Source: Phoronis australis
Taxonomy: Eukaryota; Animalia; Phoronida
DNA: 64,000 nucleotides
Direction: 5' to 3'
Assembly: GCA_002633005.1 (NCBI GenBank)
Contig: NMRA01000174.1
Location: forward strand, 456,030-520,029
The notes under the pieces are model-generated. The model searched no databases. It saw nothing but the letters and a program-made list of their open reading frames with translations, and was not told the origin of the DNA. Positions 26,301 to 41,300 of the stretch are shown piece by piece (the stretch's first letter is position 1; the number at the start of each line of letters is the position of its first letter). The translations under genes and the position numbers were made by a program.

Positions 26301-29300
26301 ATATATAACATTGGAATCCTATGAGCTATTGAGCAGAAAGTCTTTCTCCTTTCATTATACTGATCAACTTGCATCTGGTCTTACCACTTGGTTTCGTAGA
26401 TATCAGGTCCTTGGCTCTCAGTATGGCAAAGTCCACTAGTGGAGGGGTGACCCCATCTATATTGAATATAGTTGCAACAGTGTAGAGACTAACTGAAGTT
26501 CGTGACTAATACACGGATAAGCAATGCATTTCCTGAATCATTATTCAAAAGTACATGCAATAACACCTGACAACCAAGCATGAAAACATTTTTTCATTTT
26601 CTTTCTGGACCAATAAATATTTTTTACCATAATTTTAAGGGATCAGTTACAGCAATTCCGACAAATGCAGTAGACGTTCAAGAAAAAAATACATTCATAT
26701 TGCAATAAAATATAAAGAACAGACACAACTATGACATATTTAAAACAACCAGGGAGACGCCTACATGTTAAAAGTTGATCAAACGATGTTGTCAGCCCTT
26801 GGGCACCACTGAGAAAGAGCAGTTTAACGAAAGGTGTCTGCCACTCAGACTATATACCAACATAGGCATCTCTCTGTGGCTATTTGAAGTATGCAAGCAG
26901 TCAAATACAGAATGACACCCTGACATTTGTGTTTAGGATAGGAAGATTTCATGTGAAACGCAGCAGTTTCTAGCATATGCAGTTGACTTTGTATTTCACA
27001 ATATGAATGAATTTGTTTGGCTTTATGCCAATACATTCCGCCACCCACCTCTAAAGCCACTGTCCACAGTTGCGCTGTCTGAACTGGCCTGGCTCATCTG
27101 ACTTGGCAGTTTCCTTTTGGCCTGAAATCATGCAAAGATTCCATAATAACAACATACACTACACCCGTAACTGCTTCAGTCAGTTAAACGTTAATTAACT
27201 GAAATAGGTCGTACCTTGTGTGCGATTGCATGACTTCGTATAATGCAGGCAATTATTTTGCTTATACTGTAAAATTTCCTGAACTTAGAATGGTGCCAAA
27301 GTCCTTAAAGTGCTACCTGCAGACTATTCACTGTTTGCGAGTAAAGTGAATGTCATCTATTAAGACAATGATTTGAGAAGACTTCACAAATAACTCAAAG
27401 ATTAACGGTTTAGATTTTAAAGTGATTTTATTTATGTGCTGTTGTTACAACACCAACTCTAAAAATAAAACACAGTTGAGTTGTGCATCATTGGCCGACA
27501 CAAACCAGTTCGAACCATATTAGTGATGAGTATGTCTGGAAGAAGCAACCCCGTGGGAGATTCCAATGAAAATTAAGATGACTGTATTTGACTGATATGC
27601 TATTGAACAACACAATTCCACAGTGACTCCATTAGGTGTAAAAATGGAAAGTAGCGCAAAACTTCTCTGTTGCCCATGGCCAGTGAGGTTTCCTTTCATC
27701 TTACACAGATACTGATTTTCCCTCAGTTATCCTCAGTGTTAGTAAGAGAGTAGCATGCTGAGCGTATTGGGTTTGTAGACTCAGGTTACAAACCACACAG
27801 CTGCCTGGGTGAACCAAATATTGTTTTGGGTTGTTTTCACTTTTCTATGTTAAAAAGTACGTCCGCATATTTGTCTTAATTACGGAAAACTTTCAAACTG
27901 AAGCACAACTATTGGTCTAGGACAATTTACGGTATTTTGATGTGACCAGTTTTATAGTACATGTACTGCTCTGTGGAAGGTCCTGCAGTTAGACACTGTT
28001 CCAAAACAAATGGTCTGATATGGGTTAATGCTGACCTAACTGATATAGTTTGAACCCATCATTAGAGGGTAATCTTACATAACCAGATTGGTGAGACAAC
28101 TGTCTCACACACATTTTGCATTTCAATATTTTGCCTAATGCACTACTCGCTGACTCCATTGTGGTCTTCTTGTGATGTAATAGATCAAATGACAAATCAT
28201 ATACACATTTCACAATTTTATGATTGTACTGACATTATGAAGATGCAAGTAGCAATTAGAGGTAAAAAAATCTTAGAAACTCATATTACAAACCTAATAC
28301 CTATGAAATTGTAGAATTAAAACTCGGCAGTCTTAGAAACTTTAAAATGACTGTAGCATCACATTTCAATTGTGTAAACATTGTAAAACAAGAAAATCAC
28401 CATAATTTAAATGATGTCATTTTCTAAAGTTTGGGAAACTAAAGTTGTTAATTTCAAAACAAAAGTTTCAGTTAAAACAAAAACGTTAAACAATTTATGC
28501 CCATGTGAGTGCATATCGGAAATAATGATTTTTTTCTTTAAAATATGATCTTCAAGTGTTTTGCATATAGTCCCATTTCAGATATAGGTGCAGCTTCACA
28601 CATAGGCGCATGGGCCAAAATTCGTGAATTTACAGTATACGCAGAACTACCTTTGCACTGGAAGGTCGCTCACTCGGAAAATTGTTGAGAATGAACTCTT
28701 CCATCAAGAGAAAATGTTTGTCTGCAAAACAAAACGCAGTGAAATTTCAGTAACAAACCGAAACGAGTTTCTGAGAATAAATATTAGTTATTACAGATCT
28801 CATTATCTTGCCACACGTTGGTCGCATTCCATGAACAAAAATTGAACAGCTTCTTTGAATCTTAATTACACGGAAGTATAATTGTGTATGTAAACACTCA
28901 TGATCATAACTATGTGCTGGTTTTCTATGAACATAATGACCATAAAGTTTCATTCCAAACATAATATTTCACACGATGATGCAAAACTTACGAAGAGCAA
29001 TCTTAAATACAAACTTTATTATCATATTAGCGTTCAAAATCTACGGAAAATTTCAAATATTACACGGGCCAAGTTTTGCTCAGTCCCTAAAAAAACCCGA
29101 GACTTGAATAATTACTCAGAGACATTTCTTATGTTTTGAAGAATACCAAAAGGAATTCGACCGGAAGTACTAGAAATCTTGAGTATCAATTCAGCTTTCC
29201 GATTAGTAATTAAGAATTAGTGCGACTGCACATAATTCCTGAGTAAAATCTTGAGCACAGTTCGGAAAGTTGCTTAAAAATTCCAAGACAACAATGTGGC

Positions 29301-32300
29301 AACTTGAAAAAGTACCTTACATATATATTTGAAGCTTTACATTCATAACATATCCTATTACAAACTGTGACTTCGTAATAATGGAATTATCATCAGTATG
29401 AGTAAATGAAAAATCATTTATAAAGTATAGGCTTCCATTTTTAATTTGAGAAATCAGGAGACGACAAAGGATTCTTTCACACCTGCCGTAGTAGGAAACT
29501 TCAAGTTCATTGACCAGATTGCAGAGACACTGACACCCACTTTTGTTTTATCACACCAAAGACTTTCATAGCCACTGAAGAATAGTTCTCCAGTCTGGTT
29601 TATCCTGAAGGGACTTGAGTTAAGTTTAGTGGTCGCAATTTCTCAAGCATTACTCAAGTAAGTAGTTTGGAGTAAAATGTTTTGTGTAATTTAAGGGTTT
29701 GAGTAAAGTTTGATGGTCACGGGTCCACCTATCATATAAATTGGCATTGGTAGTACCGCAGTCATCAGAAATGTCAGATGTCCTGTGCCGTGCACACTGC
29801 CCTCTACCACACAAAACATAACTGATCATAGATCACTGCAACTGCACCTGGCTTGGACAGTGCCAGGACCGGCCTGAACACTAATGAGACAATCAGAGAA
29901 CCACACATTGGGTTGGTGTCTGCTGTAATCACATGGCGCTGGACAGGAACAGCCTTCTCTACAATCTTAGGCTCATTCTGCAAAAGCAACATTCAACACG
30001 TAATATTTTACTGCTCATCATGTTTGATATAATTTATTTTAGGAGCTGTTTCTGCATTGCATTTAACAACTTTACAGCTTCTAAGAGGCCTGCAATTTAT
30101 CAATTTCAAATTTCAGAAGTGCTCCAGACCTGGCTTGCATTAAAAACTGATATTTATCAGAGTCCGGCCATTTACAAATTATTGCATTTGACAANNNNNN
30201 NNNNNNNNNNNNNNNNNNNNNNNNNNNNNNNNNNNNNNNNNNNNNNNNNNNNNNNNNNNNNNNNNNNNNNNNNNNNNNNNNNNNNNNNNNNNNNNNNNNN
30301 NNNNNNNNNNNNNNNNNNNNNNNNNNNNNNNNNNNNNNNNNNNNNNNNNNNNNNNNNNNNNNNNNNNNNNNNNNNNNNNNNNNNNNNNNNNNNNNNNNNN
30401 NNNNNNNNNNNNNNNNNNNNNNNNNNNNNNNNNNNNNNNNNNNNNNNNNNNNNNNNNNNNNNNNNNNNNNNNNNNNNNNNNNNNNNNNNNNNNNNNNNNN
30501 NNNNNNNNNNNNNNNNNNNNNNNNNNNNNNNNNNNNNNNNNNNNNNNNNNNNNNNNNNNNNNNNNNNNNNNNNNNNNNNNNNNNNNNNNNNNNNNNNNNN
30601 NNNNNNNNNNNNNNNNNNNNNNNNNNNNNNNNNNNNNNNNNNNNNNNNNNNNNNNNNNNNNNNNNNNNNNNNNNNNNNNNNNNNNNNNNNNNNNNNNNNN
30701 NNNNNNNNNNNNNNNNNNNNNNNNNNNNNNNNNNNNNNNNNNNNNNNNNNNNNNNNNNNNNNNNNNNNNNNNNNNNNNNNNNNNNNNNNNNNNNNNNNNN
30801 NNNNNNNNNNNNNNNNNNNNNNNNNNNNNNNNNNNNNNNNNNNNNNNNNNNNNNNNNNNNNNNNNNNNNNNNNNNNNNNNNNNNNNNNNNNNNNNNNNNN
30901 NNNNNNNNNNNNTAGTCCACTCCAAAGTCACGTCAAGCATGATTTCATATGTTTGTGAGCATTGGAGACCTGGCTTACAATAAATTGGATACCTCGCTTC
31001 TATTCGGGACTCATTGTTTCATTAATTTCAGCATACTTTATCCTCAGCTTCTATTAGAAAACCAACTTGTGTATTGGAAGCTTTACGGAAAAATAACTTA
31101 AAAATAATCTCAAAACTCAGTGGCTCCATGCAATGAAATTTGCAAAGGTCTCGATTACAAACCCATTACAGGTAAGAAAGAATTATTAGTCTTCACACAC
31201 AACATGTGTTGGTCATATCATGCATATGAAGACTACATGTCAAGGCAGTGATTCATAACACACAATAATATACCAATACAGGTAAGTTAAACACAAAGAC
31301 CTTCTTACCCAAGACAGCTTAACGTGAGCCACACCCAACATGTTGGAGTCTGAGGCGGGCAGTCCATCATTATGGTGTATCACTACCGTGAGTAGACACT
31401 GGAAGAAGAGTATAGTTCGTTTGCATCAAAGGAGATGTAGTGAAGTTAAAGATGCAAAACTAAGTCTCCATTTAGGCATGACAATAGCACGAAACAAATA
31501 ACTAGAGGCTTTGGGTGAAAATATATCACAGTATAAAAAGAAACAACAGGACTGTAGGTACTCCCAATATTTCCATGCAAAGTGCCTAGTAATTCATTTC
31601 AAACAGAGAACAGACACAGGCATCCAGAAAAACACTTTGACTCGTCACAGATCATTTCAGAAATGCACCCAATGTCACTGGCACTCACTGATTGCCAGTC
31701 AAACCTGTTCTGGTATTTTTGCGTGTTTTGGAATTTTCCGCGTATTGTACCTGTAGCCATCCTGGCAGCTATTCTCTGAATAAAACTTGACAGTTGGTGG
31801 ATGTTTTACCGCCAAAACACTTCGCTACATTTTAGAAAAGTTGTTATCTTCATTCAAACTCTAATTGTGTTTGTCAGTGCGAGATCTTTCAGTAGGATTA
31901 AATACTTACCATTAACAATAACTTTTATATTCCCTTTTGCCAAAAACACATTCCAACAATTCAAGTTTACACTGCTAAACAGCTCTGAGACTTTCTAATT
32001 AGTTATATCCACAAAAATTACAAAGCCTTCCATTAACCACAATGTTGAACTTTTGAAGCATCACGAAATACCAAAATAAATTCCTAAAAAGTCATGTTAT
32101 CCGACAACTTAGGAATGTTTTCAATCAACACTACACTGTTGTTGAAGAGGACACTACAATACCTTAGTGTAGTCGGGCACAATAAACTCAGACAGGCAGC
32201 CCCAGTTAGGTTTTATTGTATTGGGTACAGAGCTGGAAACACAGATCTGAAACACACAAAATGGTGGTGACCATACCGGCAGTCAGAACACGATTCATGA

Positions 32301-35300
32301 ACAGTGATAATGAAACTGCATGGTACACAAGGCATTTAGACATTATTTATTCTCTGAATGTAGCACACAACATGGCGGAAACATGGAATGGTGTTTTGTT
32401 AAACTTTTCAACCAAAAAAATTAAAAACATCCTAGATGACTCTTAACAAAGCACTGATATTTGTAGCACTACCACTGGAGATCAAAGAATGGGCATTTGC
32501 TTATTTATTTTTAAGTGAAACAATTGGAGAACAATGTTAACCATGGCTTAGTATTTCACTGAAACATTTAATCACCTGCAGTTTTGACACAGAAGGAACT
32601 GAGGGTTATAACCTTCTGCATACAAAAGTATTACTACAATTAATCACCTACTTAGGAAAAAACAGGAAAGAAAATTGCAAACATATTTTACCAAATTTCT
32701 CAATAAAAACAAAATTCAAGAAAATTCTACACTGACCACTAGCCTGGCTTGTACAGTGCAGCTGGTGCAAAACATTATTTAGTCAAAAATTGACTATTCA
32801 CAAAGGTAATCAACCTTCTAAAAATAGAAAAATAATAAATTTTGCTATTGGTGTTGTGCAAAATAACTAAGACGTATCTAGACTCAAAACTTTACATAGT
32901 AATAATACATCTACAATACAATCACACCTATCAGATCATGACTCTGCAGTCGTAATCCATCACTGATGAACGATAACAAAAAGCAGACAATGATGCATTC
33001 ATAACAACTTTCACAGATAAACATGGAATGTTTGATTTATAAGCAGACTGGTGCTATTGTGGTGTGTAAGACAGGAATGTAACACACAAAACCAGATAAA
33101 TGATAAGTGTTGATTATTCAAACATTAACACACATGTCTGTACAGCTATGTACCTTTTGCCTGTCAGCATAAATGATACAGTAAGGATTTGGAGACTTAT
33201 CACCTTGTGTGGACCGAAGACTTTCAGCCCCGTGTACGAGGACTTGAGTGACACCAGCAACTACAACAGTCGTATAATTAAAAGTACATTTAATGCGACG
33301 GTATATCATGAGCAAGCCAAAATTTCAATTTTTAACATTGATCAAGATCCTTATATTTCTTGGCAGAGAAGATGTTTATGTCAGTATTATTATGACAGAA
33401 TCGTAAATCTCCAGTTTCATACCTTCAACATGCTGGCATACTGTAATGGTCCTTATTGTTGTTTTGCCTAATTATAGTTCCTAATTTCAAATAAAGCATA
33501 CTAATACAAAAAACAAAGATATCTTAAGAATTGAAATTATCAATGATTCCGACCTTTAACAGTCACCCAAAAATCAAGAAAATAGTCCCAACTTCATCAA
33601 AAATGCAACGTCTTAATCATTATTAACTCACAGGGCTTGGAATGACCAACAAAAAAAAGAGGAAAATTTTCCAGATGATGTATCGTTCCACAAATAAATA
33701 GGTGATAGAAATAGTTATTGTGTTATAAAATTTAACTGAAATAAATGTATTTGCATGAATAAAGTCAAAATAGTGATAAAAAGAGACAAAAAGAGGAAAC
33801 TGGAAATCAAATAAGAGGAAATCAAAACCAAAAAAGAGGAAATCCAAGCCCTGAATGCAGTTGGCATGCAGATATTCGACCAAATGAAACAAACAGCACG
33901 GCAAAACTTGGTTGAAAATTGGCTAATGAACTCCCTATTTCTTGAAAAGAAGTATATACATTCTTAATTTTTTTACAACAATTATTACTGGACAACTTCT
34001 TCCTGCATTTTTCATATTGTCTAAAAATACTCCTTGTGTGCGGATCACATCTGTGTAGTAGCTCCCCGAGTGACATCGTTAAAAAAACAAACGATAGAAA
34101 ATTCTTAAAAAATTATATTAAACTGCAGTACTTCGAATGTATACTGCATTCATGGAAGGCAAGAAATAAAATAAGACCTCAGTCAGTAGTGAGACATTGA
34201 TAGCAAATAAAAGTCATGACATAACAAACCATTCACAACAAAGCAATTAGGATACTTGGCATAGCAGGTGATCAAAGAGAGCCTGTAGGGCAATAGCCAG
34301 CCAGTGGGCACAGCAGGAGGGACTTGTTGAATAGAGACAGTGCTTTACTGTAGCCTGTCAATTGAGGGTTTAGAACAGGTTCCCCCTCTATATAATTAAT
34401 GACTCAAGTAATAACAATCTATTTTTATCTTTCTCTGTGTATCTGATAGTAGTGTTATCCTCTTGCAGTAACACTCTTCTATGAGGCACTCACTCAAAAT
34501 GGTATTTAGTAGCTCCATTTTGTAAGTGCTAGGACAAGGCGAAAGTGAACAAACAGTCTGGCTAACGTAACACTGTCTATAGACAGAATGAAGACATTAA
34601 TTCTCAGGGCAAGTAAATTGGTAGACAACATTACATTACATTTTTGCTTAAGTTCTGGCCTTAAACTCAACTTGTTCTTCATGACAAGGCTATGAGTTTT
34701 AAAATTCTGGTAATACACACACACACACAATATTTTAGCCTACTTTGTAAACAGTAACATTATCACATCCGACTTTCTTAATGACTCTCCTGTCTTGCAC
34801 ATAATTATTACCCATCTGGTTGTGGTAGTAAAATATTTTGATTGTAGCACCAGTGATTTGTGGCTCTGAGTCTAACTTTGACAAGAACCGCTGGATTTGC
34901 CTGCCTATCATTCTCTTAGAATAGCTGTTGTTTACAAGGGTCTGTTTAATGGAAGATTCACTATTAAACAAATCCCAGTCACTGGAAACACCATATGCTC
35001 GCTTGATGAAATTAGTCCGCCAGTTAATTAATATTTTTTCGGGCAGTCACTTTGAGCATTAAGACAAGATCCTAGGTCTGTAGGTTTGCGATAAACAGAT
35101 GTAACAAACCCTGTGTCACAATACTCAAACAGTACATCCAAACAGGACATTTTTCCACCAACAGCAGCAGTTTCGTATGTAAATTTTAGGACTGAATTAA
35201 CTTCAGATTTACATTTTAATGTCAGTAAGTTATTTATCTATGATTTATCCTTCAAGGATCCCAGTGTGGTTCAACACTCATTCCCAAGTCTCATTTCACA

Positions 35301-38300
35301 ATAAAAATGGCAGTTTTTAACACTTCAAGTCTAATTTGAATAAGAGAATGTACAAAGACAGGCTTACGGCAAAAACACAATAAAAGTTAATCTGAGTCCT
35401 GTGCATGATCATCACTGCAATCTTTTGATGAACCAATACTGACACCAATAGATTGAAATAGTTACCAATACAACTACTGGCATAGTACACCAGAGTTACT
35501 ACAGTACTCGTAGACTACACTGATTGCAATACAGAAAGGTGTTTCCACACTAAGGTTCTGCCATTACTAGACAACCTATGTAAAGGGTTTTCAAAATGCT
35601 AGCACAGGAAGAGTTATGAAAACACTTACCATCGTTAGCAGGACTGTTGACAGGTGAATCGTCTAGCACAGTTGGCTGTAGTGGTGAATATTCCATGACA
35701 AGGAAAAGCCGTACGAAACCGTCTCCATTCTCTCCACAAAGATTATCGCACACGTTCGTTTTGACTCTTAAAATTTTACAAATCATTTCAGCAACAGCAA
35801 GCAATAAAAAGACAAAAAAAAACACAATACAATAGCATTCTCTCAGCATGTTCTAGTATTTAAAATGTAAGGTAAGACAACAAGGGCTGTACAATAACAT
35901 TCAAGTGCAATGGTCAAGAGAAATACTTTCACCATGGGGAAAGAAAAGAGAGACGACCCGATTGAGACATTTACGAATACTTAGCCAACTTTCAAAACAT
36001 TCTTGTGTTTAAATAGGAACTAGCCCACTACAAAACAGCACAAATCTACAGGTTTTCCACAGGTAATGTTTTTGAAGAATGGTAACCATAGCAACCAGGC
36101 AGTTAATGGGAGCTACAGCTAGCAAAGTAGACGTGTAACTAGTGTATTGTTAAATGTATTTTCCAAAAGTTTTATTAGATTATCGCTTAAATCTGGGCGA
36201 GTTCATTATAAATCATATCCCTTGATAAAAGTGTTGCCCTTATAAGTCACCTACGAACAAAAAGCTGAATTTAATTTTACTTATCTACATTAAAGAACAA
36301 TGTTAAAGAAAGCCGCAATTCAACTGGTAGCACTATGTGGATGTCATTTAAATGACAAGAGTTGCAAATATGAATTTCGACAAAAAGTGATTATCAGAAA
36401 TTATGCTATCATTTGAATATGCCGAAAGTACCCAATACATGGGATAGAGGCATGCCACAGGAAGTTTGAAACATCTACCTCACTTTCTTACCGCCAACAT
36501 ATTCAACTCTCTCTGTTCCTCACAGCGCGTTGTTTGCGTTGTTTTTTTATTTCTACAAATTGTAAAGTTTGACACTGATATTTGGCTTTAGAAATATACC
36601 TTACTACAGAGCTTTTATGAGAAAATGCATTGTGGAACAGTTTGACATAAAAGTGCATCACCGTGTACCAAGAGACCCTAAATGGCAGTAACCCCCAGGA
36701 GCCTCAGAAAAGGGGACTACGGGTTACTTCAATGACTTGGCAACAATTACACTGTGAGTCACAAATGTAAACTAGACTAACCTGAGGTTAGAGAAACGGT
36801 GGAAACAGACAGAAAGTGCACATCAACACATTTAGTGTTCACATCAACGAATCACTGAAAGAATAAATAGTTCTTTGCGCATTAGTACACAACATTAGTA
36901 AAGCTGCGATGTTACAACCTCTTACAGAACACCACCACAAAGTTGAATGGCAAACTAGCCTCAATATGGAACTCGACATTCACAAGTAAAAAAAGAAAAT
37001 GTTAATTTGTTTATCACATTTCCCAACCAAAAAACATGGTAAGTCAGCATTTACTCAGCTATTATTCTACACTAATAGGTACTTCTAAGAAGTAGATTCT
37101 TTCTATTAACTAGCTCTTGTAAGCACTTGATGAGTTCCAAATGTTTCATAAAAGCAAGTAACAATGGATCTCTGGCCCTCAAGGTGCACTTATCCCTACA
37201 ACTAACATAAGGCTCATAGCTAGTATGGCTTAAGATAGGGGGAGTTGATAAAACCCCTGAAAATGCCCAAGAAAAATGTCACATGGCCACAGCTTCCGTG
37301 ATGCCCAGTTTTCTAATTCAATATCCTGCTATTTCACATTTGATAACACCCTTTTAAATATCACTTTCCCTCTTGGAAAATTACCTTCAATAGGTTGAAG
37401 TATTTATTTACTACCTACTGAACACAGAAAAGTCATAGACAGAGTACGTTATAGTTTTATTACATTAAAATATTACACTGCAGGTACATTTTTTGTCATT
37501 CAAAGGCGATCGTCATTATGGTTATATGTTGTGCAGTTCACAAAAATTTTATGCTCAGACTTTGCACAATAAAAATACTCATTCTGCAAATTAAAACACT
37601 TTAACAACTTAATTTCTTAAATTTGCATTGAATGCTTATCATGAGGTTTCCACGGAAACTTATGACAGTGGGGTGCTGGAAAGGTGAAGACCCAGTAATA
37701 ACAAACTTTGAATTTCTCCACCCCTGTGACAGGTTGTAGTAAAAGGCAATAAACGACCATGCACCTCGATTGTTGAAGACAGCACAAAACCACTCAGAAC
37801 TTTTAACATCAACAGCATACTCATCCAGGTCAATGCCCTGCAGAGAATTTTCAACAGTTTGCTCTTGAACACCCATGCTTCATAGCCTTTGTTATATTCG
37901 GTTTAACATCCTATTCCAAATTTTTATGCATCCCATTTAACGCACCCTGGGCATTTATACAGACAAGTATGGCCATTTATTCCACGTAACTCTGCACAGC
38001 TATCAACACACCATCACAGCAAACCATAATAAGCACACTGGGACAGCATGGCAATAGCCATGTTCGAATTCAACTCTTCTCTTTCGAGGAGATAAAAAAC
38101 GCACAGTATGGCTGACCTGAGAGACATGCTGCCATAATTTACTGCAAAGCCAATGCACAAACTCAAGGCTATCCTCTCATTATCTCATTAAACTCACACA
38201 CACTTGTTATTATTATTTAATACTTTTCTCACAAATGTGTTTCAGCAATTACCACTCCAGAACTCAAACTCTCAAATAAGACACTTACATTTTTTGTCTT

Positions 38301-41300
38301 TCCCATGGGTAATCCGACAACTTGAGCTCAAAGGTAGCCATGATGTATCGGGACAGAAATTTACGACCCATCATTTTCAAAATTATCTAAGAAAAAAACA
38401 ATATTGTGGTTCGTTACAGCTTTAATTGAAAGTTAGCATATTGTTTTGATTAATCAATCTCTATGACATCCCAGCTATGCCATAAACATCTCACCAATTT
38501 TGGACAAAAATTGTCCTTTTTGTCATTCTTCAAAGACTTATGAAATTGTTGAGCATGCTCATACATATTGTCAGGTTCTAGCTGTGATACAGTGTTTGAA
38601 CACACAAAAATGTCATTTGTTGATACATTCATTTTTGAAAAAAAAAAAAGAAATTTCACTTGCCAGCTATATTGTGCCCTAAAGCGGTGAAATTTCACAG
38701 TATGAATTCTGTAACTGCAACACTAAAATGGAATTTCTCAACATCACAATAGCAAAAATTAATCCCACGGTAATACTTGGAAATCATTGAATGATTTGAT
38801 AAATCAAGTCTCATTACAGCACAGCCATTTCCTGGATTTCTACACAGTAAGCAAGTACCTTTGGCACGCGCTAATTTCACAGAAAATCAAAATAATATAG
38901 ACTCTTTTACATATTTAAAACATTTGTCAAATGTAGAATCACTCACAGACTGCGACGCCATGTCATGTACCAAAAATGATATTGTACCCTCCCATCTGTC
39001 CACGGAGCTGTTGTATGACAGACAGCGCTCCTGTTGGCCAAGCTGAATGATGCTGTTCTCACATTCGTCTATGTGGAGAAAGATTTATTAGAATAAAATG
39101 CTAATGCTAACACGCTGTTTACAAAAGAAACTTGAAATAAATTTGGGGGCCTCAAACACAACACCAAAAGAAACTACTAAAACCCTAACTGATAACTCAA
39201 ATTTTAACCCAAAAATATTAGGAGCTCTCAAATTTGTCACGGAAAGTCTAAAATACAAAACAGGGTATACTACAATCATGTAAAAATCAAATTTTTGTCC
39301 CAATAAAATTCATATGCCATATTTTTTGGTTACTAAAAATAACTAAACCCCAATTTCAACTTTACGTAACACGTCAGCCTTTTTAATTTCCAAAAACATT
39401 TTCATGCTAATGATTTGTATTGACCAATCGTTACTTCTACCAAACATAACTTACCTTTGTTTCTGCAGTTAAAAACACCCCCTTCGACACAGATAGTGAG
39501 GACGCCACATGCTGCAACTAAAAGAAAGGCAATCGCAAACAGTTCACAGAACTCAGTGACAAAGTGCCTAGAAGCGGTCTAAGATATCTACACAGTTCCA
39601 TTGGTAATATGTAGTCAGACATAACATGCCTGCGTTTAGAGAACCAGTTTTCTTCACTGAACAACGGGCATCAAACTGGTTCTCAAAATGTGGGCACCTT
39701 ATATCCGGCTATTGATGTCCCACTGAAAAAGCACTTTGACCATTTACTTCATACAGGCACATCCTTGGTTACATTTAAAAAACAACCAAATTTGTGCTGG
39801 AAAAAATAACAAAGAAATACACAGTTCGAATCAACTGGTAAATAAGCAAAAAATATTAGATTTCAAAAACAGAGGTGCCCATGAACAACAGTAAATTTTG
39901 GCTGATGCACAAAAACAATCAACAAAAATTGTCATTCTCTATTTTTCAAATGATTGCTTCTTTACTACAAATAACTGCTGTTCTGTAACAGATTTACAGT
40001 TAAACTATGCTACTGGAAGAGTGAGAGTCTCAATTTGACAAAATAAGCATCCAATTATTCAACACATAGCCTGTGGAATTAGGTGAAGAATTATCTTGTA
40101 CTCCTCAAACTATTCCTAACGGATTCTGAACATCAAGTGAAGGGAACTTGATGGCAATGCAGACAGGCAACCAACTATGAGGTAATAAACAGTGCCCTGA
40201 CATCAAATCCCAACCATGGCATTCAATTATACTGTTATTAAAAAGTGTCTGTAAATGGGGCTCCATTATGCCAGCACCAATATTATTAGATTTACTGGAG
40301 AGAGAGTAATTGGTCATTAGAACCTCAATATACAATCACAGCAACTGATCAGTTGTCAGGGTCTATTGTACTGCCTTTTCTATTACATAACTAAAACATG
40401 TCAAGTTATCAACCTCCAATAGCTTGGATACAGAGAATTGTTCATAAAGGTATAGCAGACCAGCATTAAAATCTCAGATAGCACAAAACAGAGACAGTAG
40501 ACTACCGGTATGTTTGTAAAATCTGGCCCAAAATGGCCAAAGGAAACATGATATATTTACTAACAGTCTTAAAAGGTACTAGCTGACCAAGACATAACAA
40601 TATTGAATGTTTACTACTACAAAATATGACATTGCAGAAAACAGCATCAACTGATTATCGTATTGATCAACGTAAAGCTAAACAAATGCAAGCAGATATT
40701 GGTGTTTATATTCAAACAATGGTATAATTTTTATTATATAGAATATGTAGGAAACACTCGGGCTTAAATGAAATCTCACCTGAGTTGTCATTTGTTAGAA
40801 GACTATTCCTGGGACCAGGTAGGCCAATGGTTATGTTAATGGCAAATGGGTCCACCATCTGATGGGCGAGGGCTTCCATTATCAAGGTGTGTACGTATGA
40901 TTTAATTATAGGTATTTCAGTCAGCGGAAGCACGTTGAGCAACTTTAAGGAGAACCAAACTTCCGGTCTGAATAAAAATATTTCATAGGTCAAGAAACTA
41001 ATGGAATTGTCAAATACATTTAACATACAGCAAAAAACTGACTTTAAAAATGATCATTGTTAATGCTAGGCGAGATAAATTTTCCTAGAAGCAGGACTGT
41101 GCAACTTTGGCCAATTTTGGAACATCATGTCACACTAATGGCTGATCAGATTAATACGAAACTTTCAGACAATCTGTATTATATACTGTAATGAATTTTT
41201 TTAAAATGCTCCACTTCACTTTTGCATGAGGGTCTATCAAAGTAGGACTGTTCTTGAAAAAATGATACCTGTACAAACTGAAATGATAATTAGAAAATTG

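Noticed and set aside
29933-30958. Long ORFs of 253-341 aa in the ORF track
   Set aside because: Artefacts of translating through N gaps; the same applies to the ORFs at 42693-43348 and 48706-48900.
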